Of a stretch of DNA of 64,000 bases, positions 56,059-64,000 are shown piece after piece. Position 1 is the stretch's first letter, and the number at the start of each line of letters is the position of its first letter. This stretch comes from a virus (lineage: Duplodnaviria > Caudoviricetes), in the IMG/VR virus record IMGVR_UViG_3300042691_033915, positions 1,005-65,004 of that record; one strand, written 5' to 3'. The notes beneath the pieces are model-generated. The model was not told the origin of the DNA. It searched no databases and saw only the letters and a program-made list of their open reading frames with translations. Both the position numbers and the translations under genes were made by a program.

Positions 56059-56571
56059 ATGGCAAGACCAGGCCGCATGCCGGCAGAACAACTAGCAGCA
56101 CTCCGGGAGCGCATTAAAATGTTGATGCTCCAAGGTGTTTCCCTGTCCGAAATCGCCGGGATCGTTAGCCTGAGCGAGGAAACAGTTCGAAAACACAGCT
56201 ACGTGATTAAGAAATCATGGGTTGACCCCAACCCAGACCCCGCAACCAACAAGGGCGAACTGATTGAGCGTGCAAACCTGGTCTCCAAGATGGCTGCTGC
56301 GGCTGCTGCGCGCGCCAAAGGGACCAGCAATGAGGCGCAGTTCCTAAAGATTCAGCTAGAAGTCATTGACCGTATAGCCAGGCTAACTGGCGCTTATGAG
56401 CCAGACCGCACTGAGATCACGGGCAAGAACGGGGCAGCAATCCAACTATCCGCTGTTCCCCACGAGATCGACACCCTTCCTAGGGAGCAGCTGGCAACAC
56501 GCCTGCAGGCCTGGGCAGAGGCAATGAAAGAAGAGCCCATTGAGGGCAAGGCGACAGAAATTGAGCCTTAG
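56059..56571 (+). CDS. terS: terminase small subunit
   Basis: N-terminal HTH (SLSEIAGIVSLSEETVRK), TEITGKNGAAI; overlaps terL. Confidence 0.75.
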   Translation: MARPGRMPAEQLAALRERIKMLMLQGVSLSEIAGIVSLSEETVRKHSYVIKKSWVDPNPDPATNKGELIERANLVSKMAAAAAARAKGTSNEAQFLKIQLEVIDRIARLTGAYEPDRTEITGKNGAAIQLSAVPHEIDTLPREQLATRLQAWAEAMKEEPIEGKATEIEP

Positions 56572-57988
56572 CATTAGCAACAGCGAATACCGAGAGTGGC
56601 TACGCAAGAAGGCAGCCACATCTGATGCTGCTTTTGCCGAGTACATGAGCGGCTTGGTGTTCCCTAAGCATCTGCGCGAAATGGAAAAGTTCATGGATAG
56701 CCACGACCGCGCTCTGGTGCTTATGCCCCGTGGTCACGCAAAAACTACTGCGCTAATCTTCCGGGCGGCACGAATCATTGGCATGACTAAGGGGAATATT
56801 CGCATCGGCATCCTTACGGCTGTGCTTGCCGACTCAATGTCAAGATCCCGAGCCATCAAAACGCTTATTGAGAGCCCGCTCTTTGCTGAAGTGTTCCCCT
56901 GGGCAGCCGACGGCGTAGTTGGAAACAAGTGGACCGACGAAACTTGGACCATTAAGGGCGTAAACATGGGCAAAGATGCCACGTGCTTTGCCGATGGCCT
57001 TGGCTCAATTAAGCCGGGAGCGCGTCTTGACCTCTTGTTTGCGGACGACATGGTTGGCATGAAGGAGAATGCCACTGCTGGTCAACGGCAAAAGGCGTCA
57101 GATACTTACTGGCAGGTTGTCGACCCAATGCTTGTCCCGGGATCAAAGAAGTGGTACGTTGGGACGCGCTGGCATGAGGACGATTTCTACGCTGAGCTTA
57201 TGCGCAAAGGAATTCAGGAGTATCAGCGCAGGGCCCTGGAAGATGGTCAGCCATTGTGGCCAGAGATGTACACGGTTGATGCCCTTAACCAGAAGAAAGA
57301 GGAGCTTGGCACGCCAATCTTCATGCTTCAATTCCAAAATGACGTTACCTCTATGGGCGGGAACATCTTCCGGCACGACTGGTTCCAGCGCACGGACAAA
57401 CTCCCGGAAGGCGCTAGGCGAATTGGCGTTGACCTTGCCTCTTCTATTAGCGAACGCAGCGACTATACGACCGCAGTAGAAGTACTAGAGGACGATGACC
57501 ACAACCTTTACGTTATTGGCGCTTGGAAAGAGCGCATCAACGAAGGCCATCAGGAGTGGCTGACTGGCATTAATCGTCACGGGGAGATTGGCAGCTCTAA
57601 GGGCCCTAAGATCCTTTGGCCGCAACGGATGCTCAGCCTGCGGGGTCTTAACTACGAGGCGGAAGAGCCACGGTTCATTGAGTCACTCAACATTGAAGCC
57701 GTGCAGCACCAAAGCACGTTTGTTCGGGAGATCCTGGGGACCACTAGCCTTCCTGCCCGCGCTATCCGACCAGATAAAGACAAGGTCAGCCGAAGCCGCG
57801 CGCTTGCGGCGCGATACGAGGCGGGTAAGGTCTTCCACCTTAACGGCGCCCCTGGGATTGATAGCCTGGAGCACGAAATGCTGTCGTTCCCAAATGGGGA
57901 ACACGACGACCTTGTTGACGCGCTGGTGTATGCGGCGGACCTAAGCGGTAACTCGTTCTACTTTACTTCTGGCAGAAGGTTCTTTTAG
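56561..57988 (+). CDS. terL: terminase large subunit
   Basis: MPRGHAKTT, LLFADD, VGTRWHEDD, GVDLA, HDDLVDA. Confidence 0.95.
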   Translation: MSLSISNSEYREWLRKKAATSDAAFAEYMSGLVFPKHLREMEKFMDSHDRALVLMPRGHAKTTALIFRAARIIGMTKGNIRIGILTAVLADSMSRSRAIKTLIESPLFAEVFPWAADGVVGNKWTDETWTIKGVNMGKDATCFADGLGSIKPGARLDLLFADDMVGMKENATAGQRQKASDTYWQVVDPMLVPGSKKWYVGTRWHEDDFYAELMRKGIQEYQRRALEDGQPLWPEMYTVDALNQKKEELGTPIFMLQFQNDVTSMGGNIFRHDWFQRTDKLPEGARRIGVDLASSISERSDYTTAVEVLEDDDHNLYVIGAWKERINEGHQEWLTGINRHGEIGSSKGPKILWPQRMLSLRGLNYEAEEPRFIESLNIEAVQHQSTFVREILGTTSLPARAIRPDKDKVSRSRALAARYEAGKVFHLNGAPGIDSLEHEMLSFPNGEHDDLVDALVYAADLSGNSFYFTSGRRFF

Positions 57989-58917
57989 TCCCACCAGTCA
58001 GCCCACCACTCCCCGTCACTGACGTTGTATAGGTCAGTATTTAGGTAGAGCAAGTCGCTTGACGTAGTGCGATAGCCGCAGCAGATTGCCCCGACGGTTG
58101 TTCCCAAAAACAATACTGACATGGCGTCGTATGTCTCTAGGCCGTACATGGAAGCCGTGGCAGCAATAGCGCCGCTTACAAATGCCGCAGCGCCCGATGT
58201 TCCCGTCTGCTTAATTTGCCCCTTTAAGGGGTGGTAAACGGTAATGTTTTCTCCAGGGGCATACAGGGAAATGCATGGACCAATGTTGCTGCTCCTAGAT
58301 CGCAAATCGAGGCGGGTAGAGGCGCCAATTGTAAGCGCCCCATCGGCTCGTCCTGGGCTGTAGCGGCAGGCATCCCGCCCGTCGTTCCCAGAGGCAACAA
58401 CTACTGGGAAACCAGCATCAACCATCTCGTTTACCTTATCGTCAAGGGACTGCGTCGCCGCACCGCTAATAGACATGTTTACAACAGATGTTCCTGGGTC
58501 GGCATTTTGCAAAATCCAATCAAGCCCAGCAATGATGTTCTTTGGGTTCCCCTTACCCGCGCAATTCATAACGCGCACGGATACAATCTTTGCCTTTTGT
58601 GCAAGCCCTAGATTGCGACCAGCAATAATTGAAGCAATCATGCTGCCGTGATAGGCCCCGCACGTAACCTTCCCGTCGGAGAATGCATTGAATCCCTGCT
58701 CTACTCCGCCCCTAAACATTCCGGAATCGTATACTCCGCTGTCCACAACGTAGACGGTAATGCCGGCGCCGTAGTCCTTTCCGTTCCAGCTCTTGCCATC
58801 CATAATGTGGGCGCGCTGATTAACTCGATCATGTTCCCACCCAGCAACAGAAAACTGGTTCGGGTCAGGGGTGTTCGGGACTGCCAGCAGGGCAGCCGCA
58901 AGGATAAGGCGAATCAT
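57985..58917 (-). CDS. secreted subtilisin-like (S8) serine protease
   Basis: Signal-like N-terminus; catalytic triad motifs VVDSG, HGSMIA, GTSGAAAFVSG; oxyanion ASGN. Confidence 0.9.
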   Translation of the reverse strand: MIRLILAAALLAVPNTPDPNQFSVAGWEHDRVNQRAHIMDGKSWNGKDYGAGITVYVVDSGVYDSGMFRGGVEQGFNAFSDGKVTCGAYHGSMIASIIAGRNLGLAQKAKIVSVRVMNCAGKGNPKNIIAGLDWILQNADPGTSVVNMSISGAATQSLDDKVNEMVDAGFPVVVASGNDGRDACRYSPGRADGALTIGASTRLDLRSRSSNIGPCISLYAPGENITVYHPLKGQIKQTGTSGAAAFVSGAIAATASMYGLETYDAMSVLFLGTTVGAICCGYRTTSSDLLYLNTDLYNVSDGEWWADWWD

Positions 58918-59249
58918 GCCAACTGCTCGTTAATGGTTTCGGGAGTGTTGGCATCTTCGTCAACAAAGACTGGGGTTGAATCGCCCACCCAAGCGCCCTG
59001 GATGTTGAACGAAAAGTATTCTTCGGCTTCCGCAAAGAAGTCTCGGTCCCCACGGTAGACGTCGTTGTCGTCAAACTCCTTGTTGTCGCGGGCATCTGCA
59101 GCAAACTCATTAACAAGCTTTGCCAGGATCTTGTTCTTGCTGTAGACAATAAGCGGCTTATTAAACTGCCACCCTAGGCCAATGATGCAGTCGTCCCAGC
59201 CATCAGCCAGCAAGACATCGTAAGCAGGAACGCTAGACTTCTCGTTCAT
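58914..59249 (-). CDS. conserved phage hypothetical protein
   Basis: ADGWDDCIIG..EAEEYFSFNIQGAWVG..TP; overlapping neighbours. Confidence 0.7.
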   Translation of the reverse strand: MNEKSSVPAYDVLLADGWDDCIIGLGWQFNKPLIVYSKNKILAKLVNEFAADARDNKEFDDNDVYRGDRDFFAEAEEYFSFNIQGAWVGDSTPVFVDEDANTPETINEQLA

Positions 59250-59445
59250 CTTCCCTCCTTTTTACGCGGAACAGCCGCGTTGCCCGACACACCATGCAAG
59301 AGGCGTGCTTAAAGTCTTGGTGCAAGGTATTGCTTCGAACGGATTGCACTACATCGCTTTGTCGGTCATCCCCGCACACCGAGCAAACCCATACCTCTTG
59401 GGGCTGGGTGTAAGCGTATCCGATAGTGTCACTCTTCTTCAACAA
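59233..59445 (-). CDS. small CxxC..CxxC protein
   Basis: CSVC and CMVC; fills the operon gap. Confidence 0.6.
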   Translation of the reverse strand: MLKKSDTIGYAYTQPQEVWVCSVCGDDRQSDVVQSVRSNTLHQDFKHASCMVCRATRLFRVKRREDEREV

Positions 59446-59737
59446 CGCGAGCCTCGCAGGTATTTACCCACCTGGAAACGGCAATAATCTTGTCGTCGCG
59501 GGTTTGCAGAACACCCTTGTTTACAAGCTGGCGAACAAGTTCTTCATTTTCGCTCCACCACTTCAGCCAAAACCAGCCTTCGATAGGCGTCTGCTTTTCA
59601 ACGACACAGGAGATGCGCGCGTATGGCTCGCCAGTGTCTGCCATAACAGCCTCACAGGAATCCCCGTCTTGCACAACCCTAATGAGGGCGTCACCAGACT
59701 TGTCGTCTACGTACTGGAACACTCGCTCAACCAACAT
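59429..59737 (-). CDS. hypothetical protein
   Basis: GGAG RBS before the ATG at 59737. Confidence 0.65.
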   Translation of the reverse strand: MLVERVFQYVDDKSGDALIRVVQDGDSCEAVMADTGEPYARISCVVEKQTPIEGWFWLKWWSENEELVRQLVNKGVLQTRDDKIIAVSRWVNTCEARVVEEE

Positions 59738-60140
59738 CTGCCCTCTCCTTTTGCTTCTTAGTAAGCTGCGTCTTGCGCGCAACAACGTGGTTTGCCCACG
59801 CGCTTGCCGCGTCAATAAGCCCAGCAGGGCTCTTGGCACTTACCATACAGGTAAATGGGATCTTGTTCAACTTGACAACTGCAATAAAACGCCAATTAGA
59901 GTGCCCCTCGGATGGCGGGAGAATTGCCCCCTCAATCTCGCACTTCTCGTAATTACCAATCAGCAAAATGTCTGCAATGTTTTGGCTAATCTCGCCTTCA
60001 AGAACCGCCTCTGCTCCTGGAGTCCAACGCTCTGGGAGGAGGCCAAGGGTCCTTGCGGTTGAGCTGTAGGCTGCGTTAAGCCAGCCGCGCAGCCAGTCGT
60101 GATCATAGTCCTGGGTCATCTTTGCTTTCTTCTTGCTCAT
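59727..60140 (-). CDS. hypothetical protein
   Basis: ATG start, overlapping neighbours. Confidence 0.65.
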   Translation of the reverse strand: MSKKKAKMTQDYDHDWLRGWLNAAYSSTARTLGLLPERWTPGAEAVLEGEISQNIADILLIGNYEKCEIEGAILPPSEGHSNWRFIAVVKLNKIPFTCMVSAKSPAGLIDAASAWANHVVARKTQLTKKQKERADVG

Positions 60141-60339
60141 TCAGCACGTACCCTTTCAATAAAGACGGGGAATCCGACACATACCTTACAAATGAAAGCA
60201 GTCTTTCGGTCTCGGCATAAACCCTTTCTGCTTCCCCCGAGGCAATAGAGCCAATGACCATCATTGTTTCGCTGTCATACACCTCGGAGGAGCATTGTCC
60301 GTCTTCCAGCGTTGTATAGACGGTGGGGAACCAGACCAT
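60103..60339 (-). CDS. hypothetical protein
   Basis: TAATG-coupled start at 60339. Confidence 0.6.
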   Translation of the reverse strand: MVWFPTVYTTLEDGQCSSEVYDSETMMVIGSIASGEAERVYAETERLLSFVRYVSDSPSLLKGYVLNEQEESKDDPGL

Positions 60340-60842
60340 TACATCCTCTTGGCGTTTGGCGATAGCCGCATGTCGCTGTATTCGCGCAGGGAGCAATTGC
60401 TCCAATGGCAATAGCTGTCCTTGCTTTCAGCAGACCCGCCGACACAATCCTCGCACATCTTGCGAATAGCAAGCAACATTCCAGCCGCCTGCGTAGCGCC
60501 CTGCAGCTTATTGACAGACTTCTCAATCTTATCTACCGTCTCCGTCAGCGTGTCAATCTTAGAAATCACACTGCTGACTTCTGCGCCGCTGTCCTCTTCC
60601 GCCTCGGCAATGATGTCAACAAGCTCTGGGTGATTGTTCTTGACGTATTCAATGACTGCCACTGAGTAATCAGCGGGGATAGAACGCTGGTTGCTTGCGT
60701 ATGCCTCCACCGTTCGTGGGGAGCGGCGGTGCTCTGGCGATAGGACCTCGTTCATTCGCTGGGCAAACATCTTTGCCGCGCTTCCGCGTGAATTGTGCGG
60801 GAATACCGATTGAGCAATTTGTGCCAGCAAATCAGACCGCAT
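60339..60842 (-). CDS. hypothetical protein, possible DNA-binding with C-terminal Cys cluster
   Basis: HTH-like SPRTVEAY..QRSIP, coiled coil, AIRKMCEDCVGG..C...CSL. Confidence 0.6.
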   Translation of the reverse strand: MRSDLLAQIAQSVFPHNSRGSAAKMFAQRMNEVLSPEHRRSPRTVEAYASNQRSIPADYSVAVIEYVKNNHPELVDIIAEAEEDSGAEVSSVISKIDTLTETVDKIEKSVNKLQGATQAAGMLLAIRKMCEDCVGGSAESKDSYCHWSNCSLREYSDMRLSPNAKRM

Positions 60843-61668
60843 TCTTCTTCTCCTTTTCTGCCATAAACTCCGTAATCGTTTCCGCAATGCCCTTCCAATT
60901 GAACTCGATAGCCAACTGGCCGTGGTGCTTTGTCTTGGCTGCGACTAGTAGGTCTACCTCTCCGCCAATCTTCCGCCAATTGTTGCAGAAGGTGTAGTCC
61001 TCTCCGTATTGAGTCTTTGTTTCCTCGTCCTGAGAATAACTAAAGAACTGATAAAGCTTTCCTTGCGTTGTGTTGAAATAGTTGTCTGGGTTTTCAGCCA
61101 TCAACTTCTCAAAAGCTTCGCGCTTTACCATCATGGCGCCAGTGCCAACCTTCAAGACCTTTGCAAAACCAGCTTCATCCACCTTGAACACATCCTCCTC
61201 CGTGGAGAAGTTCCCTTCGGCAATAAGGGCTGGGTAGAGTTCCAGGCTTGTGTTTGGGTACGCCGAAACGAACTCGCCCAAGCGGTTCCAAACAACTTCC
61301 CTCTTGGAGCACGGCAGCGCGCTGACCATGCGGTCATGACCGAGTAGGTACAAGATGTGCCTTGGGTCAACCTGGATGTCGCTGTCAATCATAAACAGGT
61401 GAGTTGCCTTCGTCTCCAAGAATTGCTTAGTAAGTTCGTTTCGCGCAAGCGGAAGAATGGAGTTGCCCGCAAGGACCTTCCACGTAAAGGAAATACCCTG
61501 CTCAATGCACAGCTTCTGCAACTGCATAACCGTTGCGACGCAGCCAGCGTGTAGCCTGCCGTCCAACGTAGGGGTTGCGACGCAGATGCCGACACTCTTT
61601 TGTGGCGTGCCAACGCTTTGCGCATCAAACGACCTAGGGTTCCTTGCTCGCTTTGACTTCTTACTCAC
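60832..61668 (-). CDS. GT-A (family 2-like) glycosyltransferase
   Basis: VATP, ARNEL..FL, FMIDSDI, GTGAMMVKR, GEDYTFC. Confidence 0.85.
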   Translation of the reverse strand: MSKKSKRARNPRSFDAQSVGTPQKSVGICVATPTLDGRLHAGCVATVMQLQKLCIEQGISFTWKVLAGNSILPLARNELTKQFLETKATHLFMIDSDIQVDPRHILYLLGHDRMVSALPCSKREVVWNRLGEFVSAYPNTSLELYPALIAEGNFSTEEDVFKVDEAGFAKVLKVGTGAMMVKREAFEKLMAENPDNYFNTTQGKLYQFFSYSQDEETKTQYGEDYTFCNNWRKIGGEVDLLVAAKTKHHGQLAIEFNWKGIAETITEFMAEKEKKNAV

Positions 61669-62132
61669 TTCTTCTTCGCTCCCATCACATTCACCCTAAG
61701 GTTTGCCAGCGAGAGATTGGGTGCATCCCCTCGCGGAGCCTTCGTTTCCTTTTCAAAGCGGTGAAGTTCTGCTGGGAGACCATCAAGCGGCCGCCCCCAC
61801 TTAGATCGCTGAAGCGCAACGGTGATGAGCGCATAGTTTGCAATATCAAGCATCGTATCGGCAAGCGACTCGTCACCGCCGTCTGGCAGAGGGTCTAGGG
61901 TGACCTCTCCGTCAACAACCTTCCCGTTGAGGAAGCGCTTGGCTCGCTCGATCTTGTCGTAGGCAATGCGGCTAACTACGCCGTGAATTCCAAGCTGCTG
62001 AATGTTTGAGTCTCCGTATCGTTCTTGCTTGCGCACAAGAAGGGCAAACGCTTCGGAGTAGATCTCCGCAAAGGTCGCCTCAAAGCTTTGCTCCGCCGTA
62101 GCTACAACCCGGCCCTTTGTTGGATTAGCCAA
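61665..62132 (-). CDS. nucleotide-modification-associated domain 1 (Nmad1/DUF1599-like)
   Basis: RKQERYG..SRI..DKIER..ESLADTMLDIANYALI. Confidence 0.75.
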   Translation of the reverse strand: MANPTKGRVVATAEQSFEATFAEIYSEAFALLVRKQERYGDSNIQQLGIHGVVSRIAYDKIERAKRFLNGKVVDGEVTLDPLPDGGDESLADTMLDIANYALITVALQRSKWGRPLDGLPAELHRFEKETKAPRGDAPNLSLANLRVNVMGAKKK

Positions 62133-62314
62133 TTTGCCTCCTTCTCCGTGACTCGCATGAGTACGGCTGCATCGATGTGCTGGCCACAGATTACCAGATA
62201 GGGCTCCAGGTCGTCCTCGGAGCGGGGCTCCAAGGTAAGGGTGATTGGATTGTCCTGCGACCAGAGAATCCAGATAGCGCGAGCGCGTTGACTTGGGAAC
62301 GAATGACTTTCCAT
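62102..62314 (-). CDS. hypothetical protein (alternative start 62356)
   Basis: Both in-frame ATGs have a -10-like hexamer 6 nt upstream. Confidence 0.55.
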   Translation of the reverse strand: MESHSFPSQRARAIWILWSQDNPITLTLEPRSEDDLEPYLVICGQHIDAAVLMRVTEKEANWLIQQRAGL

Positions 62315-62379
62315 TGGCGCAGTATGGCAGATTTGTGAGAAGTCCACAAGTCTCATAGGGCCATGATAGTATGTAATTT

Positions 62380-62545
62380 GCCGCCCCTCCTCAACGGGAG
62401 GCAGCTTGCCGACGGTATGGTCGGCTAGGGCGGGAAGGTTAACGAGGCTTTGAGGGCCTCATGAAACGGTGTTGGCGGCCGCGCGAGCCGACGGGCTGCG
62501 TCGCATCCAGGCGTTCCTCCGTTGCCTTCCCGCCGACCTATTGAT
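62380..62545 (+). ncRNA. candidate structured RNA / 5' leader
   Basis: Perfect 10-bp long-range stem 62429-62438 / 62525-62534 enclosing several hairpins in a GC-rich intergenic region. No family recognised. Confidence 0.4.
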
Positions 62546-62555
62546 AGAGGTGTTT

Positions 62556-62741
62556 ATGGCTGGTAAGAAAACTCTTGCAAAGAACAAAGGCGAAAAGAAA
62601 GCCGAAACGCTTACGAAGCGTATTTGCTCAGTATGCGATCAGCCGATGCTCGCAAGCCAAATAAGGGCTAAGTATGTAATTAGCTTTGTTGGCGCAAAGA
62701 GCAGCTCGCGTCTTTTGCACCATCACGCAAAGTGCGCCTAG
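62556..62741 (+). CDS. small basic Zn-finger-like protein
   Basis: GAGGTG RBS; CSVC...HAKC. Confidence 0.65.
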   Translation: MAGKKTLAKNKGEKKAETLTKRICSVCDQPMLASQIRAKYVISFVGAKSSSRLLHHHAKCA

Positions 62742-63253
62742 CCCCACAACCCGTATTCTGACGGTGGCGGCGGCACGTATCCTGGAAGCGTTGTGATGTC
62801 ATGCAGATGAGCCTTGGGCACAAAGTACAGCGCCTTGTCTTCGTGGTAGTACTTCTCCTCCATGCCTTCTTTCGCAGACATCCATCCAACCACTTCAAAA
62901 ATAAAATTCTTCATATCCGCCGGCAAGACAAGAACGTAGATTGACTTCTTGCTATCTGCCTTGCGGATAGACAAATCCTGATAGTGGCCAGGGCGGAATC
63001 GGACTTGTACGTTTTCCCCAACGTCTGCGCCCTTAAAGGTGTCAATGTCTTCTCCTGTCCACGGTAGGCCCGTTGCAACGGAGGCTGCCACCTCGCCCAT
63101 AGCACCCTCGATGTGCTGCTTCCAGCCATCTCGTTCCCAGTTGTACCTGTCCTTTAGTCCGTCCCTAATTGCGCGCAACTCCCGCAGGGCGCCAGCAATA
63201 ACGGCACGCTCAATTTGCTTCTGGTTCAACTGCACCATGACTGAATTAGTCAC
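62738..63253 (-). CDS. hypothetical protein, possible nuclease fold
   Basis: GAMGEVA..ADVG..VQVR..VVGW; GTGA-coupled to nusG. Confidence 0.6.
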   Translation of the reverse strand: MTNSVMVQLNQKQIERAVIAGALRELRAIRDGLKDRYNWERDGWKQHIEGAMGEVAASVATGLPWTGEDIDTFKGADVGENVQVRFRPGHYQDLSIRKADSKKSIYVLVLPADMKNFIFEVVGWMSAKEGMEEKYYHEDKALYFVPKAHLHDITTLPGYVPPPPSEYGLWG

Positions 63254-63801
63254 TGCTTTGTAACCTCCGAATAACTAAGCTCCACTACCGTTTCCCTACC
63301 AAAGAACGATAGGGTTACCTTTAGTCTCTGTTTCTGGTCGTCCGCAAGGAACACTGATCCAATCATCTCCGCAAAAGGCCCAACAACGATCTTGACGCTG
63401 TCCCCATTGTTAAAGATGTTAGTCGGCTTTAGCACTTTCTTTTCCCCCACCCCAAGAATGACATTCATCTCCGCCTGCGTAATTGGCGACGGGTCGTTTC
63501 GGTGGTTCTGAAGCGAGTTGTTATTGGCAAAACCCGCTATTGACGGGGTGCCTTTTACAACAAAGAAGCTTTCTGGGCTCATAACCATTTCAATAAATAT
63601 GTACCCCGGATAGATGCACTCCTCAACCTTATGCCTCTTGCCCCCACTCCACTTGTTTACCTCTCGTCTTGGGATAAAGACTGTTCGGAATAGGTCTTCC
63701 ATGCCCATAGAGGTTATCCGCTGCTCCAGCAGGCGCTTGGCGCGCTCTTCCCTGCCAGGCATGCAGTAGGCTCCGTACCAAGAGAATTTAATGTCGTTCA
63801 T
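63250..63801 (-). CDS. nusG: NusG-family transcription elongation/antitermination factor
   Basis: NGN domain WY..GRE..YPGYIFIEM..TP..GF; KOW domain GDSVKIVVGPF..FGRETVVEL. Confidence 0.92.
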   Translation of the reverse strand: MNDIKFSWYGAYCMPGREERAKRLLEQRITSMGMEDLFRTVFIPRREVNKWSGGKRHKVEECIYPGYIFIEMVMSPESFFVVKGTPSIAGFANNNSLQNHRNDPSPITQAEMNVILGVGEKKVLKPTNIFNNGDSVKIVVGPFAEMIGSVFLADDQKQRLKVTLSFFGRETVVELSYSEVTKQ

Positions 63802-64000
63802 CCGCGAACCTTCCTATTCAAGATTTCCTTTTTCATATTACTAAAGTGCTCAGCCGCCTGCTTAAAGGCCGCAATGTTTGCGTCAATGGCTGAAATGAGC
63901 TCAGACTGCGAGTGGTCAATAAGCCGCCAGGCAGACTCCTCATACCTTCGCATGTCCTCAATGTCGGAGGCCATGACCTTGTACGCCTTGCTCTTGTTGC
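63798..64000 (-). CDS. partial hypothetical protein (5' end outside window)
   Basis: Open frame ending ...MKKEILNRKVRG* with ATGA overlap onto nusG. Confidence 0.55.
   Translation of the reverse strand, partial: NKSKAYKVMASDIEDMRRYEESAWRLIDHSQSELISAIDANIAAFKQAAEHFSNMKKEILNRKVRG

Noticed and set aside
57560-57680. Possible intein or intron in the terminase nuclease domain
   Set aside because: The apparent insertion is only ~35 aa and lacks Cys/Ser-start and His-Asn-end splicing motifs.
62380-62545. tRNA, SRP RNA or tmRNA
   Set aside because: No T-loop GTTC/CCA cloverleaf, SRP core motif or tmRNA ends recognised.

Overview
This window is 64 kb of a tailed dsDNA bacteriophage with siphovirus-like tail genes. 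The genome continues beyond the right edge. No integrase, DNA polymerase, tRNA or CRISPR array is visible. Layout: (i) 1-1.1 kb, small + strand ORFs around a non-coding patch with TTAGGG repeats; (ii) 1-10.7 kb, - strand replication, recombination and accessory genes (ParB-like, two thioredoxins, SSB, RusA, DnaC-like, initiator, PD-(D/E)XK nuclease, annealing protein, HTH, HNH, glycosyltransferase) preceded by a three-domain portal; (iii) 10.9-50.6 kb, + strand head, tail and lysis genes; (iv) 50.7-56 kb, - strand membrane and fibre genes; (v) 56-58 kb, terminase; (vi) 58-64 kb, - strand accessory genes including a subtilisin, a glycosyltransferase, Nmad1 and NusG. The two most striking features are a 5,495-aa tape-measure protein and a prohead protease/scaffold. 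The tape-measure N-terminal part is a chain of effector-like modules (HicA-like, two kinase-like, GNAT, zincin) separated by eight copies of the linker E[LMFY][SA][KR][KR]SG. The protease/scaffold contains a complete Dps mini-ferritin domain. All family assignments come from motif recognition by eye, not from database searches.
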